This document shows, piece by piece, positions 1-7,322 of a stretch of DNA of 18,688 bases; within the stretch, counting starts at the first letter, position 1, and the number at the start of each line of letters is the position of its first letter. The stretch comes from an uncultured Candidatus Rokubacteria bacterium. Lineage in GTDB: Bacteria; Methylomirabilota; Methylomirabilia; Rokubacteriales; CSP1-6. The stretch covers positions 1-18,688 of the forward strand of contig CAVVEU010000030.1 of NCBI GenBank assembly GCA_963747235.1, written 5' to 3'. Made by a program: the position numbers and the translations under genes. Below the pieces are notes generated by a model. That model searched no databases, was not told where the DNA came from, and was given only the letters and a program-made list of their open reading frames with translations.

Positions 1-172
1 GCACACCAGTGTGTGCGCGCGGGTATGGCGGCCACTACCTCGAGGGGATTGATCGCCCCTCGGGGGTTCGGGGAGCATGCGGAGCAAAGACTGACGGAGG
101 AGGAGCTGCAGTCCGAGCTTGCCTACGTCTCAGCCCAAGGGCGACAGCAGGAGCGCCTGAGCCGAGCGGGCT

Positions 173-1168
173 TCACTCGATGACCCGATCCGCGCGCGCC
201 AACAGCGATGGCGGGATCGTGAGGCCAAGGGCCTTGGCGGTCTTGAGGTTGATCGCCAACTCGAACTTGGTCGGCTGCTCGACGGGGAGGGTGGCGGGCT
301 TGGCTCCCTTGAGGATCTTGTCGACGAGCACGGCGCCGTGTCGGAACAGCTCGACGAAGTCGGTGCCGTACGACATCAGCAGGCCTCCCTCGGCCCATCC
401 GCGGTGGGTGCCGGACGCGGGGAGTCGGTGCGCGATCGAGAGCTCGGCGATCCGGGTGCGCTGATTCCCTAGCGTGGGGTCGGCGATGACGAGCAGACCG
501 CCCGGGCGCTCTTTCTCGATCACTGCGAAGGCCCGGTCCAGATCGCCACGTCCCGGTCCTTTGACCTCGACCGGGACAACGGTCAGCCCCAGCGCCGGTG
601 CTGCGGCCTGGACCATCTTCAGCTGGGGCGCGGTGCTGGCGTTGGACGGAGTCCACAGGACGCCGACTCGAGAGGCCGATGGCACGACCTCCTTGAGGAG
701 GCCGAGTCTCTTCGCGATCAGATCGGCGTGCGCGTCCGCCAGGCCCGTGACGTTCCCACCGGGACGGGCCAGGCTGGCCACGAGTCCGGTGCCGACGGGG
801 TCGGGTTCGCCCATGAACACGATCGGGATCGTGCTCGTGACTTTCTTGGCCGAGAGTGCGCTGCCGGACGGCGCCGCAACGAGAATATCGACCTTGAGAC
901 GGACGAGCTCGGCGGCCAGCGCGGGGAGCCGCTCGACATGCCCCGCCGCGTATCGCTGCTCGATGACGACGTTCTCCCCCTCGACGTATCCAAGCTCCCG
1001 CAGTCCGTCCCGAAAGGCGGCGACCCAGGGCCTGTACTGCTCGAGCTTCTCCGAGACGAGCGACACATAGCCGATCCGCCAGATCCGTCCTGCCGGCTGC
1101 GCCTCCGCCGCGAGCGGCGTGGAAACGAAACCGGCCAGCGAGGTCAGCAGGAAGCGGCGGCGGTCCAC
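173..1168 (-). CDS. Orphan ABC transporter substrate-binding protein (ABC_sub_bind/PF04392-type) with twin-arginine-like signal peptide
   Basis: In-frame GTG at 1168 gives (M)DRRRFLLTSLAG...AEAQ, a signal peptide. Family-typical segments include TIPIVF..DPVGTGLVASLARPGGNVTG and the C-terminal PVEQPTKFELAINLKTAKALGLTIPPSLLARADRVIE. The ORF-track extension to 1345 looks non-coding. Confidence 0.9.
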   Translation of the reverse strand: MDRRRFLLTSLAGFVSTPLAAEAQPAGRIWRIGYVSLVSEKLEQYRPWVAAFRDGLRELGYVEGENVVIEQRYAAGHVERLPALAAELVRLKVDILVAAPSGSALSAKKVTSTIPIVFMGEPDPVGTGLVASLARPGGNVTGLADAHADLIAKRLGLLKEVVPSASRVGVLWTPSNASTAPQLKMVQAAAPALGLTVVPVEVKGPGRGDLDRAFAVIEKERPGGLLVIADPTLGNQRTRIAELSIAHRLPASGTHRGWAEGGLLMSYGTDFVELFRHGAVLVDKILKGAKPATLPVEQPTKFELAINLKTAKALGLTIPPSLLARADRVIE

Positions 1169-1313
1169 ACCGGCGATGGTGGGGCAGACGCCGGCAGGAG
1201 TCAACGTCGGGGACGACCTCTCGGGGAATGGTCGTCTCCCGGGTCTTCCACGACGACCGCCTGGAGATCGAACGACGGTGCCCTCCTGCAGTATAGTCAA
1301 CGGCGGGCCGCTG

Positions 1314-1343
1314 GCCGGCCGCTCGTTCGCGCGAGCGGCCGGC
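1314..1343. promoter_or_regulatory. Perfect 12-bp GC hairpin in the divergent intergenic region / 5' leader of the ThDP enzyme gene
   Basis: GCCGGCCGCTCG (1314-1325), 6-nt loop, CGAGCGGCCGGC (1332-1343). It lies between a -10-like TATAGT (1292-1297) and the GGAG RBS. Confidence 0.5.
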
Positions 1344-1371
1344 AATCCCGAGGGCCCTAGGAGCGGCCACC

Positions 1372-3018
1372 GTGAAAGTCATCGATGCCATCGCCCGCAT
1401 TCTCAAGATCGAGGGCGCCGAGTTCCTGAGCGCCTATCCCACGACTCCGCTGATCGAGGCCGCGGCGAAGGCCGAGATCCGGCCCGTGCTCTGTCGTCAG
1501 GAGCGGGTGGGCGTCGGCATCGCCGACGGCTATGCGCGGGTGAAGAACGGCAAGACGCTCGCCGCCTTCTGCATGCAGTATGGCCCCGGGGCCGAGAACG
1601 CCTTCCCCGGCGTGGCCACCGCGTACTCCGACTCCACCCCGATGCTGCTCCTGCCGCTCGGCCATCAGCGCGATCGGGCCCAGGTGTTCCCCCTGTTCAG
1701 CTCGGCGCGCAGCTTTGCCTCGGTGACCAAGTCCGTCGAGACGATCACCCAGGGCGGCCAGGTCGCGGATGTCATGCGCCGGGCCATCAGCGTGATGCGC
1801 ATGGGCCGCCCGGGCCCGGCGATGGTCGAGATCCCCGCCGACGTCGTGAACGAGGAGGTGCCCGAGGCTCTGCTCGACGCGTACCGGCCGGTCAAGGTGA
1901 CCGCCGCTGGCGCCAACGTGCGAGAGGTCGAGGCGGCGGCCCGGGCGCTCCGCGACGCGCGGCGGCCGGTGATCCACGCCGGCCAGGGCGTGCTGTACGC
2001 CGAGGCGTCGGATGACCTGCTCGAGCTGGCCGAGCTGCTCCAGGCGCCGGTCATGACCACGATGGAAGCCAAGAGCGCGTTCCCCGAGGATCACGCGCTC
2101 GCGCTCGGCACCGGCGGCCCGGCCGTGACCGGACCCATTTTGCACTGCCTCCGCGAGGCCGACGTGGTCTTCGGCATCGGGTGCAGCTTCACCCGTCACG
2201 GGATGGCGGCCAGCATCCCGGCCGGCAAGACGCTCATCCACGCGACCAATGACGAGCGTGATCTCAACAAGAGCTACGTCGCCGACTATCCGCTTCTTGG
2301 CGACGCGCGGCTCGTGCTGCGCCAGTTCATCGAGGCCATCAAGAGCCAGGGAGGTCGTCCGGCCGGACGAGAGGGCGTGCGCGCGGAGCTCGAGCGCGTG
2401 CGCGCGGCGTGGCTCGCCGAGTGGGCGCCGACGCTCGGCTCGGCCGAGGTCCCGATGACCCCCTACCGGGTCATCGCCGAGTTCATGCGCACCGTGAACC
2501 CGCGCGAAGCCATCGTCACGCACGACTCGGGGAGCCCGCGCGACCAGCTCCTGCCCTTCTACCGCGCGGTCTCGCCGCGCAGCTATCTCGGCTGGGGCAA
2601 GTCGCACGCGCTCGGCACCGGGCTCGGCCTCATCATCGGCGCCAAGCTCGCCGCCCCCGACAAGTTCTGCGTCAACTTCATGGGCGACGCCGCCTTCGGC
2701 ATGACCGGGCTCGACTTCGAGACGGCGGTGCGGTGCGGGATCCCGATCCTCACCGTCGTGCTCAACAACTCGGCCATGGCCATCGAGATCCCGCACCTCG
2801 TCGTGTCGCACGACAAGTACGGCACCCGCGACATCGGCGGGCGCTACGCGGACCTGGGGCGCGCCATGGGCGGCTGGAGCGAGCGGGTCGAGCGGCCCGA
2901 GGACATCGCGGGCGCCTTCGCCCGGGCGCGCAAGGCCACCGAGGGTGGGCAGGCCGCGCTGCTCGAGTTCATCACCAGCCAGGAGACGCGCTTCTCGAAC
3001 CGCGGCGCGCTGCGGTAG
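1372..3018 (+). CDS. Thiamine diphosphate-dependent enzyme, acetolactate synthase large-subunit-like
   Basis: 548 aa. N-terminal RQER (catalytic Glu position), IADGYAR, GPG, GRPGP..VEIP.D, and a ThDP/Mg motif variant GDAAF..(x)..LNN. GGAG RBS before the GTG. Confidence 0.9.
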   Translation: MKVIDAIARILKIEGAEFLSAYPTTPLIEAAAKAEIRPVLCRQERVGVGIADGYARVKNGKTLAAFCMQYGPGAENAFPGVATAYSDSTPMLLLPLGHQRDRAQVFPLFSSARSFASVTKSVETITQGGQVADVMRRAISVMRMGRPGPAMVEIPADVVNEEVPEALLDAYRPVKVTAAGANVREVEAAARALRDARRPVIHAGQGVLYAEASDDLLELAELLQAPVMTTMEAKSAFPEDHALALGTGGPAVTGPILHCLREADVVFGIGCSFTRHGMAASIPAGKTLIHATNDERDLNKSYVADYPLLGDARLVLRQFIEAIKSQGGRPAGREGVRAELERVRAAWLAEWAPTLGSAEVPMTPYRVIAEFMRTVNPREAIVTHDSGSPRDQLLPFYRAVSPRSYLGWGKSHALGTGLGLIIGAKLAAPDKFCVNFMGDAAFGMTGLDFETAVRCGIPILTVVLNNSAMAIEIPHLVVSHDKYGTRDIGGRYADLGRAMGGWSERVERPEDIAGAFARARKATEGGQAALLEFITSQETRFSNRGALR

Positions 3019-3037
3019 GTCGCACACCGACGATCGG

Positions 3038-3086
3038 AAAGACGATGGGGCAGGCGACCCCGCGACGGTGTCGCCTGCCCCGCGTC
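3038..3086 (-). terminator. Terminator-like hairpin (outer copy of the tRNA-Ala trailer; may also terminate the + strand ThDP gene)
   Basis: Perfect 12-bp stem GGGGCAGGCGAC (3047-3058) / GTCGCCTGCCCC (3070-3081), followed by a short TCTTT on the minus strand. Confidence 0.6.
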
Positions 3087-3104
3087 GGTGAATCGCGGAA
3101 GTCT

Positions 3105-3124
3105 TGGTGGGGCTGAGGAGGCTC
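3105..3124 (-). repeat. Degenerate copy of the tRNA-Ala 3' end (old att site)
   Basis: TGGTGGGGCTGAGGAGGCTC matches the tRNA-Ala 3' end at 12099-12118 at 18/20. The block 3072-3124 matches 4137-4189 at 48/53. Confidence 0.8.
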
Positions 3125-3372
3125 TGTTGCGCCTACAGGCGTCCTGCCCGATTGCGCCGGGCATTGCTCCGGGCCTTCCGCGGAGCTCGCGTACAGAATC
3201 TCGCGTGGTTGCGGGCGCGCCCACGCCTGGATCCGGAAATGCATCCGGTCACAATCGGATCGGGAGGCGTGCCAGACCGGCGTGAGGATCCCACCGGCGA
3301 GAGGAGGGCTCGGCCATGTTTGACTACCCACTCTGCAACCCCACACGGCCAGACCGAGGACGAGAGGGCGCT

Positions 3373-4074
3373 GTGACGGTCGACCATGCGCTATCGCATC
3401 GTGCGATTGTTCTCGGCGCTCTCCTCGTGAGCCTGCTCTGCGTCGATGCCGCCCACGCTGACGACCGCCCTTCTGCATTGAGCGAGGACGTGGGCCGCCA
3501 GATGCTCGCGCACTTCCAGGGTGAGATGTTGAAGGACCTGGACGCCCCAGGACCGTACAGCGCCATCCGAATCGTCTACGGGCGTATGGGCCGTGACGTT
3601 CGCGACGTGGCGGAGGACGGCCGTCTGCTCCGCACGGCCCATCGGGCGAAGTGGAGCGGTGCGCTTGACGAGGCCGAGCGGGCGCTGGAAACGCTCCTCG
3701 TGCGCCACTTCGCCAACCCCGAGACCCACATGCTCCTGCGTGACGTCTACGGACAGCGGGGCGACTCGGCCGGGGCCGAGCGAGAGCACAAGATATTCCT
3801 CGGCTTCGTGCGGGCGCTTCTCACCTCGGGCGATGGTAAGACGCCTGAGACGGCATATCTCGTCCAGTCGATCGCCGAGGAGTACTTCATTCTAGGGTTG
3901 GTTGCCCGTTGCGAACGAAAGACGCGATGGATGCACACACCGCTGGGAGCCGGGGTATATGACGCCCACCTCGTGTTGTGCGGGGCCACCGAGCACACCG
4001 TCTACTTCGACATCTCCGCTTGGGGACTGGAGCCGGAGTGGCGCTTGAAGGTATACGGAGAGGACCGTCGGTAG
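3373..4074 (+). CDS. Putative secreted protein, DUF4919-like with a TPR-like helical segment
   Basis: GTG at 3373 after GAGAGG. Hydrophobic signal ending in AHA. The motif LLTSGDGKTPETAYLVQSIAEEY and the late VYFDIS resemble DUF4919 (recognised from memory, not by search). Confidence 0.65.
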   Translation: MTVDHALSHRAIVLGALLVSLLCVDAAHADDRPSALSEDVGRQMLAHFQGEMLKDLDAPGPYSAIRIVYGRMGRDVRDVAEDGRLLRTAHRAKWSGALDEAERALETLLVRHFANPETHMLLRDVYGQRGDSAGAEREHKIFLGFVRALLTSGDGKTPETAYLVQSIAEEYFILGLVARCERKTRWMHTPLGAGVYDAHLVLCGATEHTVYFDISAWGLEPEWRLKVYGEDRR

Positions 4075-4102
4075 TCTTGGCGAGGGGCCGACGCGGAGGG
4101 CG

Positions 4103-4151
4103 AAAAGACGACGGGGCAAGCGGGCTCCACTGGCACCGCCTGCCCCGTGTC
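4103..4151 (-). terminator. Terminator-like hairpin (inner copy of the tRNA-Ala trailer)
   Basis: 13-bp stem 4111-4123 / 4136-4148 whose single mismatch is a G-U pair on the minus strand, followed by TCTTTT. Homologous to the 3047-3081 hairpin. Confidence 0.6.
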
Positions 4152-4167
4152 GGTGAATCGCGGAATT

Positions 4168-4214
4168 TTTGGTGGAGCTGAGGGGGCTCGAACCCCTGAC
4201 CCCAAGACTGCCAG
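4168..4214 (-). repeat. att-type direct repeat: exact copy of the tRNA-Ala 3' half (anticodon loop to CCA)
   Basis: TTTGGTGGAGCTGAGGGGGCTCGAACCCCTGACCCCAAGACTGCCAG is identical (47/47) to 12097-12143. Identity stops exactly at the edge of the 7-nt anticodon loop. Confidence 0.97.
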
Positions 4215-4286
4215 AGCCCCAAGTAGTTGATAAACCATCGAAAGATAAGAAGAGCCGCTCGGCAAAGCGCGGCAAAAAGTAGCACC

Positions 4287-4304
4287 CGACGCAACCCCCG
4301 CGCA
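4287..4304 (+). repeat. Subterminal 18-bp direct repeat, left copy (candidate integrase arm-type site)
   Basis: CGACGCAACCCCCGCGCA is identical to 12018-12035. It is embedded in ~10-bp periodic GCA units (4262, 4272, 4282, 4291, 4302). Confidence 0.75.
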
Positions 4305-4311
4305 TCCCGAT

Positions 4312-4359
4312 TGGTGTTTCACAGGCCACGTCCTCGCAGTCGATGCCGGATGGCTCTCG
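4312..4359 (+). pseudogene. C-terminal remnant of an SDR oxidoreductase
   Basis: The frame reads WCFTGHVLAVDAGWLS, like the SDR terminal motif (TGxxLxVDGG). There is no upstream SDR body. Confidence 0.4.
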
Positions 4360-4734
4360 GAGGAGCCTCGCTTGAGGGCGGGTCTTCAGAATGCTGTCAA
4401 CCATGGTTGACAGGCCCCTACTCGATCTTCTGCACCGAGTGATTCTTAGCGGTTCTTCCGATTCAATCCCAGCAAGCCCCCTTGAACTGTCGGCGATGGC
4501 CGCCGAGGACGATCTGTGGTCTCAAAGGGCGAGGGCGGTAGGGGAGCGTGTCGCCTGGTGAATCATGTACATCTCTCCTCACTGAAAGGACAGGCTGAAT
4601 GCCCCGACCGGCCCTCCTGCGCAGGACGCCTGCTACAATCTGGCAAGCGACACCCGGGACCCGGAGGCGTATCCGAGCCGTGTCACGGATGATGGCGTGC
4701 TCAACATCGACCACCTGAAGTTCACCGTGAAAGG

Positions 4735-4920
4735 ACGGACGACCTGATCGCGTTCAAGGGAACGGACAAGGCCGGTACCGGCTCGCTGCCGGAGCTGGCG
4801 GATGTGGGTATCTGCGAGGACCGGATCGTCAAGGTGGTGAGCGAGTGGTGGTTCGGGAGCCGCACCATCGTGATGGATGGGAGTCGATGGGCGGCCCCGG
4901 CGATGGAGTCCGCTCGATGA
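4735..4920 (+). pseudogene. Decayed N-terminus of a metal-dependent amidohydrolase (D-aminoacylase-like)
   Basis: The frame reads DLIAFKGTDKAGTGSLPELADVGICEDRIVKV...SRTIVMDGSRWAAP, tracking the family N-terminal pattern (DL.I.GG..DGTG...ADVGI..GRI....IDA.G..VAPG). It has no canonical start, and its TGA overlaps the amidase ATG. Confidence 0.55.
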
Positions 4921-6428
4921 GCGCGGACCTCGTGGGGCGGAGTGGGAGCGAGCTCGCCGGAGACCTGGCGGCTCGCCGGCTTCGCGCCACCGAGGTGGTG
5001 GCGGCTTGTCTTGCCCGGATCGACGAAGTCAACGCCGGGTTGAACGCGATCTGCACGCTCGATGCCGAGGCCGCTCTCGCGGCCGCAGTGGACTGCGACC
5101 GTCGACTCGACTCCGGTGCGCCCCCGCGCCCGCTGGAGGGCGTCCCCTTCGTGGCGAAGGATAACCTGGCCACGAAAGGCCTGCGCACGACCTTTGGCGC
5201 GGTGCCCTTTGCACACAATGTCCCGGCGGAGGATGCCATCTGCGTGGAGCGGCTCAAGGCAAGCGGGGCCATCCTCCTCGGCAAGACGAATACGCCCGAG
5301 TTCGCCCACGACGTCAATACGACCAACCGACTATTCGGGACCACACGGAACCCGTGGAACCCGAATGCCACGTCGGGCGGCTCGAGCGGAGGAACGGGCG
5401 CCGCCGTCGCCGCGTGCATGGCCCCGCTGGGACTGGGCACCGATCTGGGGGGCTCGATCCGTATTCCGGCCTCGTTCTGCGGGCTGATCGGGCTGCGGAC
5501 GGCACCGGGTCGCATCCCCGTCTACCCGGCCGACTTCGCCTGGGACACGCTGGTCGAGCACGTGCACGGTCCGATCACGCGTACGGTCGCTGACGCAGCG
5601 CTGATGCTGAGCGTGATGGCTGGCGTGGACGACCGGGCGCCGAACTCGCTTCCGGATCAGCCGACCGACTACGTGCGCGCCGGCAGCGGCCAGGTGCCGA
5701 TCAAGGGCCGGCGTATCGCATACACGCCCGATCTGGGCGGCGTGGTGCCGGTCGCCCCCGAGGTGGTGGCGCTCACCCGGGCCGGGGCGAAGCAGTTCGA
5801 GTCGCTCGGGTGCTACGTGGACGAGGCCTGCCCCGACCTGTCTGATCTCCGCTCGATTGTCGCGGCGACACGCGCCTTCGGCATGATCGGTCGGTATACG
5901 GATTATCTGGAATCTTCCCGGGACCTGATGACGGAGCAGCTCGTGCGGCAGATCACGGATTCCCTACCGGTGGATGTGCGGACGATCACCCAGGGGGAGC
6001 GATCTCGCTCCGCCTACTATCACCGCGTGCGACTGTTTCTTCAGAACTACGACTATATCGTGTGCCCCACCGTCGGCGCCCCGGCGTTTCGGCTTGACCG
6101 GCCGCTCCCGACCGAGCTCGAGGGCACGCCAGTGGAGCGGTTCTACGAGGTGTTCCTGTTCACCTATGCGTTCAGTGTCACGGGGCTGCCGGCGATTTCC
6201 GTGCCGTGCGGGTTTACGCGCGATGGGCTTCCGGTCGGGCTGCAGATCGTCGGGCACCGGCTGCGGGAGGATGCGGTGCTCGAGGCTGCGGCCGCGTATC
6301 TGCAGGCTTGTCCGCAACATCTCCGGCGACCGCAGGTGGATGCTGACTCCCTCCGCCATCTCGGGGAGGTGCAGGCATCGGTTACGCGCGGGCCCGACTG
6401 GATCGGGCGCGCGGGTGCCAGCCGCTAA
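4917..6428 (+). CDS. Amidase signature family enzyme
   Basis: ATG at 4917 with GGAG RBS. Motifs PLEGVPFVAKD (Lys), GKTNTPEF, GGSSGG and GTDLGGSIRIPAS (Ser-cisSer-Lys triad), plus C-terminal GLPVGLQIVG. Confidence 0.95.
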   Translation: MSADLVGRSGSELAGDLAARRLRATEVVAACLARIDEVNAGLNAICTLDAEAALAAAVDCDRRLDSGAPPRPLEGVPFVAKDNLATKGLRTTFGAVPFAHNVPAEDAICVERLKASGAILLGKTNTPEFAHDVNTTNRLFGTTRNPWNPNATSGGSSGGTGAAVAACMAPLGLGTDLGGSIRIPASFCGLIGLRTAPGRIPVYPADFAWDTLVEHVHGPITRTVADAALMLSVMAGVDDRAPNSLPDQPTDYVRAGSGQVPIKGRRIAYTPDLGGVVPVAPEVVALTRAGAKQFESLGCYVDEACPDLSDLRSIVAATRAFGMIGRYTDYLESSRDLMTEQLVRQITDSLPVDVRTITQGERSRSAYYHRVRLFLQNYDYIVCPTVGAPAFRLDRPLPTELEGTPVERFYEVFLFTYAFSVTGLPAISVPCGFTRDGLPVGLQIVGHRLREDAVLEAAAAYLQACPQHLRRPQVDADSLRHLGEVQASVTRGPDWIGRAGASR

Positions 6429-6473
6429 GGGTTCAACGCGCCCCGGTAGGCAAGCGTCACCCCGATATGCCGG

Positions 6474-7301
6474 CTACGTCGCCGTGCTCCCCAAACGCTC
6501 CAGGAACCTGGTCACCGCGCGGTTGAACTGCTCCGGCTGCTCCAGATTGACCATGTGGCCAGAGTCCGCGATCTCAATGAGCTCAGCCCCCGGGATCGTG
6601 GCGGCCAGGAATGCAGCGACCTGCGTGCACCAGTGGTCGCGGTCGCCCACGACGATCGACGCCGGCACGGCCACTCGGGCCAAGCGATCGCGGAGGGAGT
6701 AAATCGTCGGGCGCCTGCCGACGACCCCCCGGAGCCCGAGTGCGAGGCCGTGGGCGGTATTCGACGTGATGGCATTCCAGAGGAACTCCCGCGCGGCCGG
6801 GCTCCGGTCGGCATAGTCGGCGAGGATCGGATCCGCCAGGTACATCTCCGCGAACGCCTCGACGCCGGGCCCCTCGAGGAGCCCGATCCATCCCTGAATC
6901 GTCGTCTCCGCCCAGGCCTCCGGCTTCTCTGAGCCTGCGCCCGTGCCGCACACGACAACCCCGGCCACCGCCTCGGGGTGGGCCAGGGCCAGGTTCAACA
7001 CCACATTGCCGCCCATTGAAAGTCCGCACACGACGGGGCGGGTCAGGCCGAGGTGGGTAATCAGTTGATGCAGGTCCTCCACCATGATGGGCTGGGTATA
7101 GGCCGCAGGATCCCCTGGCGCCTCCGATCGCCCCTGACCGCGCGCGTCGTAGGTGATGACCCGGTAGCGGTCTCGGAAGGCCCGAACCTGTCCCTCCCAC
7201 ATGCGCGCGGTGGCCGAGAAACCATGAGCGAACACGAGAGGCCGACCGTGGCCGGCCTCCTCGTAGTAGAGCGAAACGCCGTTGACGCGCGTGTGGGGCA
7301 T
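6474..7301 (-). CDS. Alpha/beta fold hydrolase (PcaD/MenH-like)
   Basis: HGF oxyanion motif, YDARGQGRS, nucleophile elbow GLSMGG, GDRD, SGHMVNLEQP. ATG at 7301 after GGAGAG. Confidence 0.92.
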   Translation of the reverse strand: MPHTRVNGVSLYYEEAGHGRPLVFAHGFSATARMWEGQVRAFRDRYRVITYDARGQGRSEAPGDPAAYTQPIMVEDLHQLITHLGLTRPVVCGLSMGGNVVLNLALAHPEAVAGVVVCGTGAGSEKPEAWAETTIQGWIGLLEGPGVEAFAEMYLADPILADYADRSPAAREFLWNAITSNTAHGLALGLRGVVGRRPTIYSLRDRLARVAVPASIVVGDRDHWCTQVAAFLAATIPGAELIEIADSGHMVNLEQPEQFNRAVTRFLERLGSTAT

Positions 7302-7322
7302 GTCACCGCTCTCCATTCGAGT

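Noticed and set aside
1-65. Small inverted repeats (GCACAC/GTGTGC at 1-16; CGAGGGG/CCCCTCG at 41-62)
   Set aside because: Short, at the window edge and without context. Cannot be assigned as a terminator or element end.
1298-1371. Possible TPP riboswitch upstream of the ThDP enzyme
   Set aside because: The leader is short and lacks the conserved CUGAGA and other THI-box motifs. Only a simple hairpin is present.
1357-3027. Long antisense or alternate-frame ORFs (e.g. 1357..3027 -, 9189..10733 +, 14899..16824 +, 123..1406 -)
   Set aside because: They shadow well-supported genes and have Arg/Gly/Pro-rich or antisense-biased composition, as expected from high-GC codon usage.
3038-4214. CRISPR array or integron attC cassette interpretation of the two hairpin repeats
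   Set aside because: Only two copies 1065 bp apart, both fused to tRNA-Ala 3' ends. No spacers, cas genes or intI are present.
4170-4214. Second complete tRNA-Ala gene
   Set aside because: The D arm and the 5' strand of the anticodon stem are missing.
4845-4916. ORF-track N-terminal extensions (amidase 4845, permease 8879, tpx 12949, SDR 13752)
   Set aside because: They overlap other genes or a tRNA, or lack family similarity. The downstream starts have an RBS or stop-start overlaps.
4917-6428. gatA assignment for the amidase
   Set aside because: No gatB or gatC neighbours, and it sits in an accessory island with catabolic genes.
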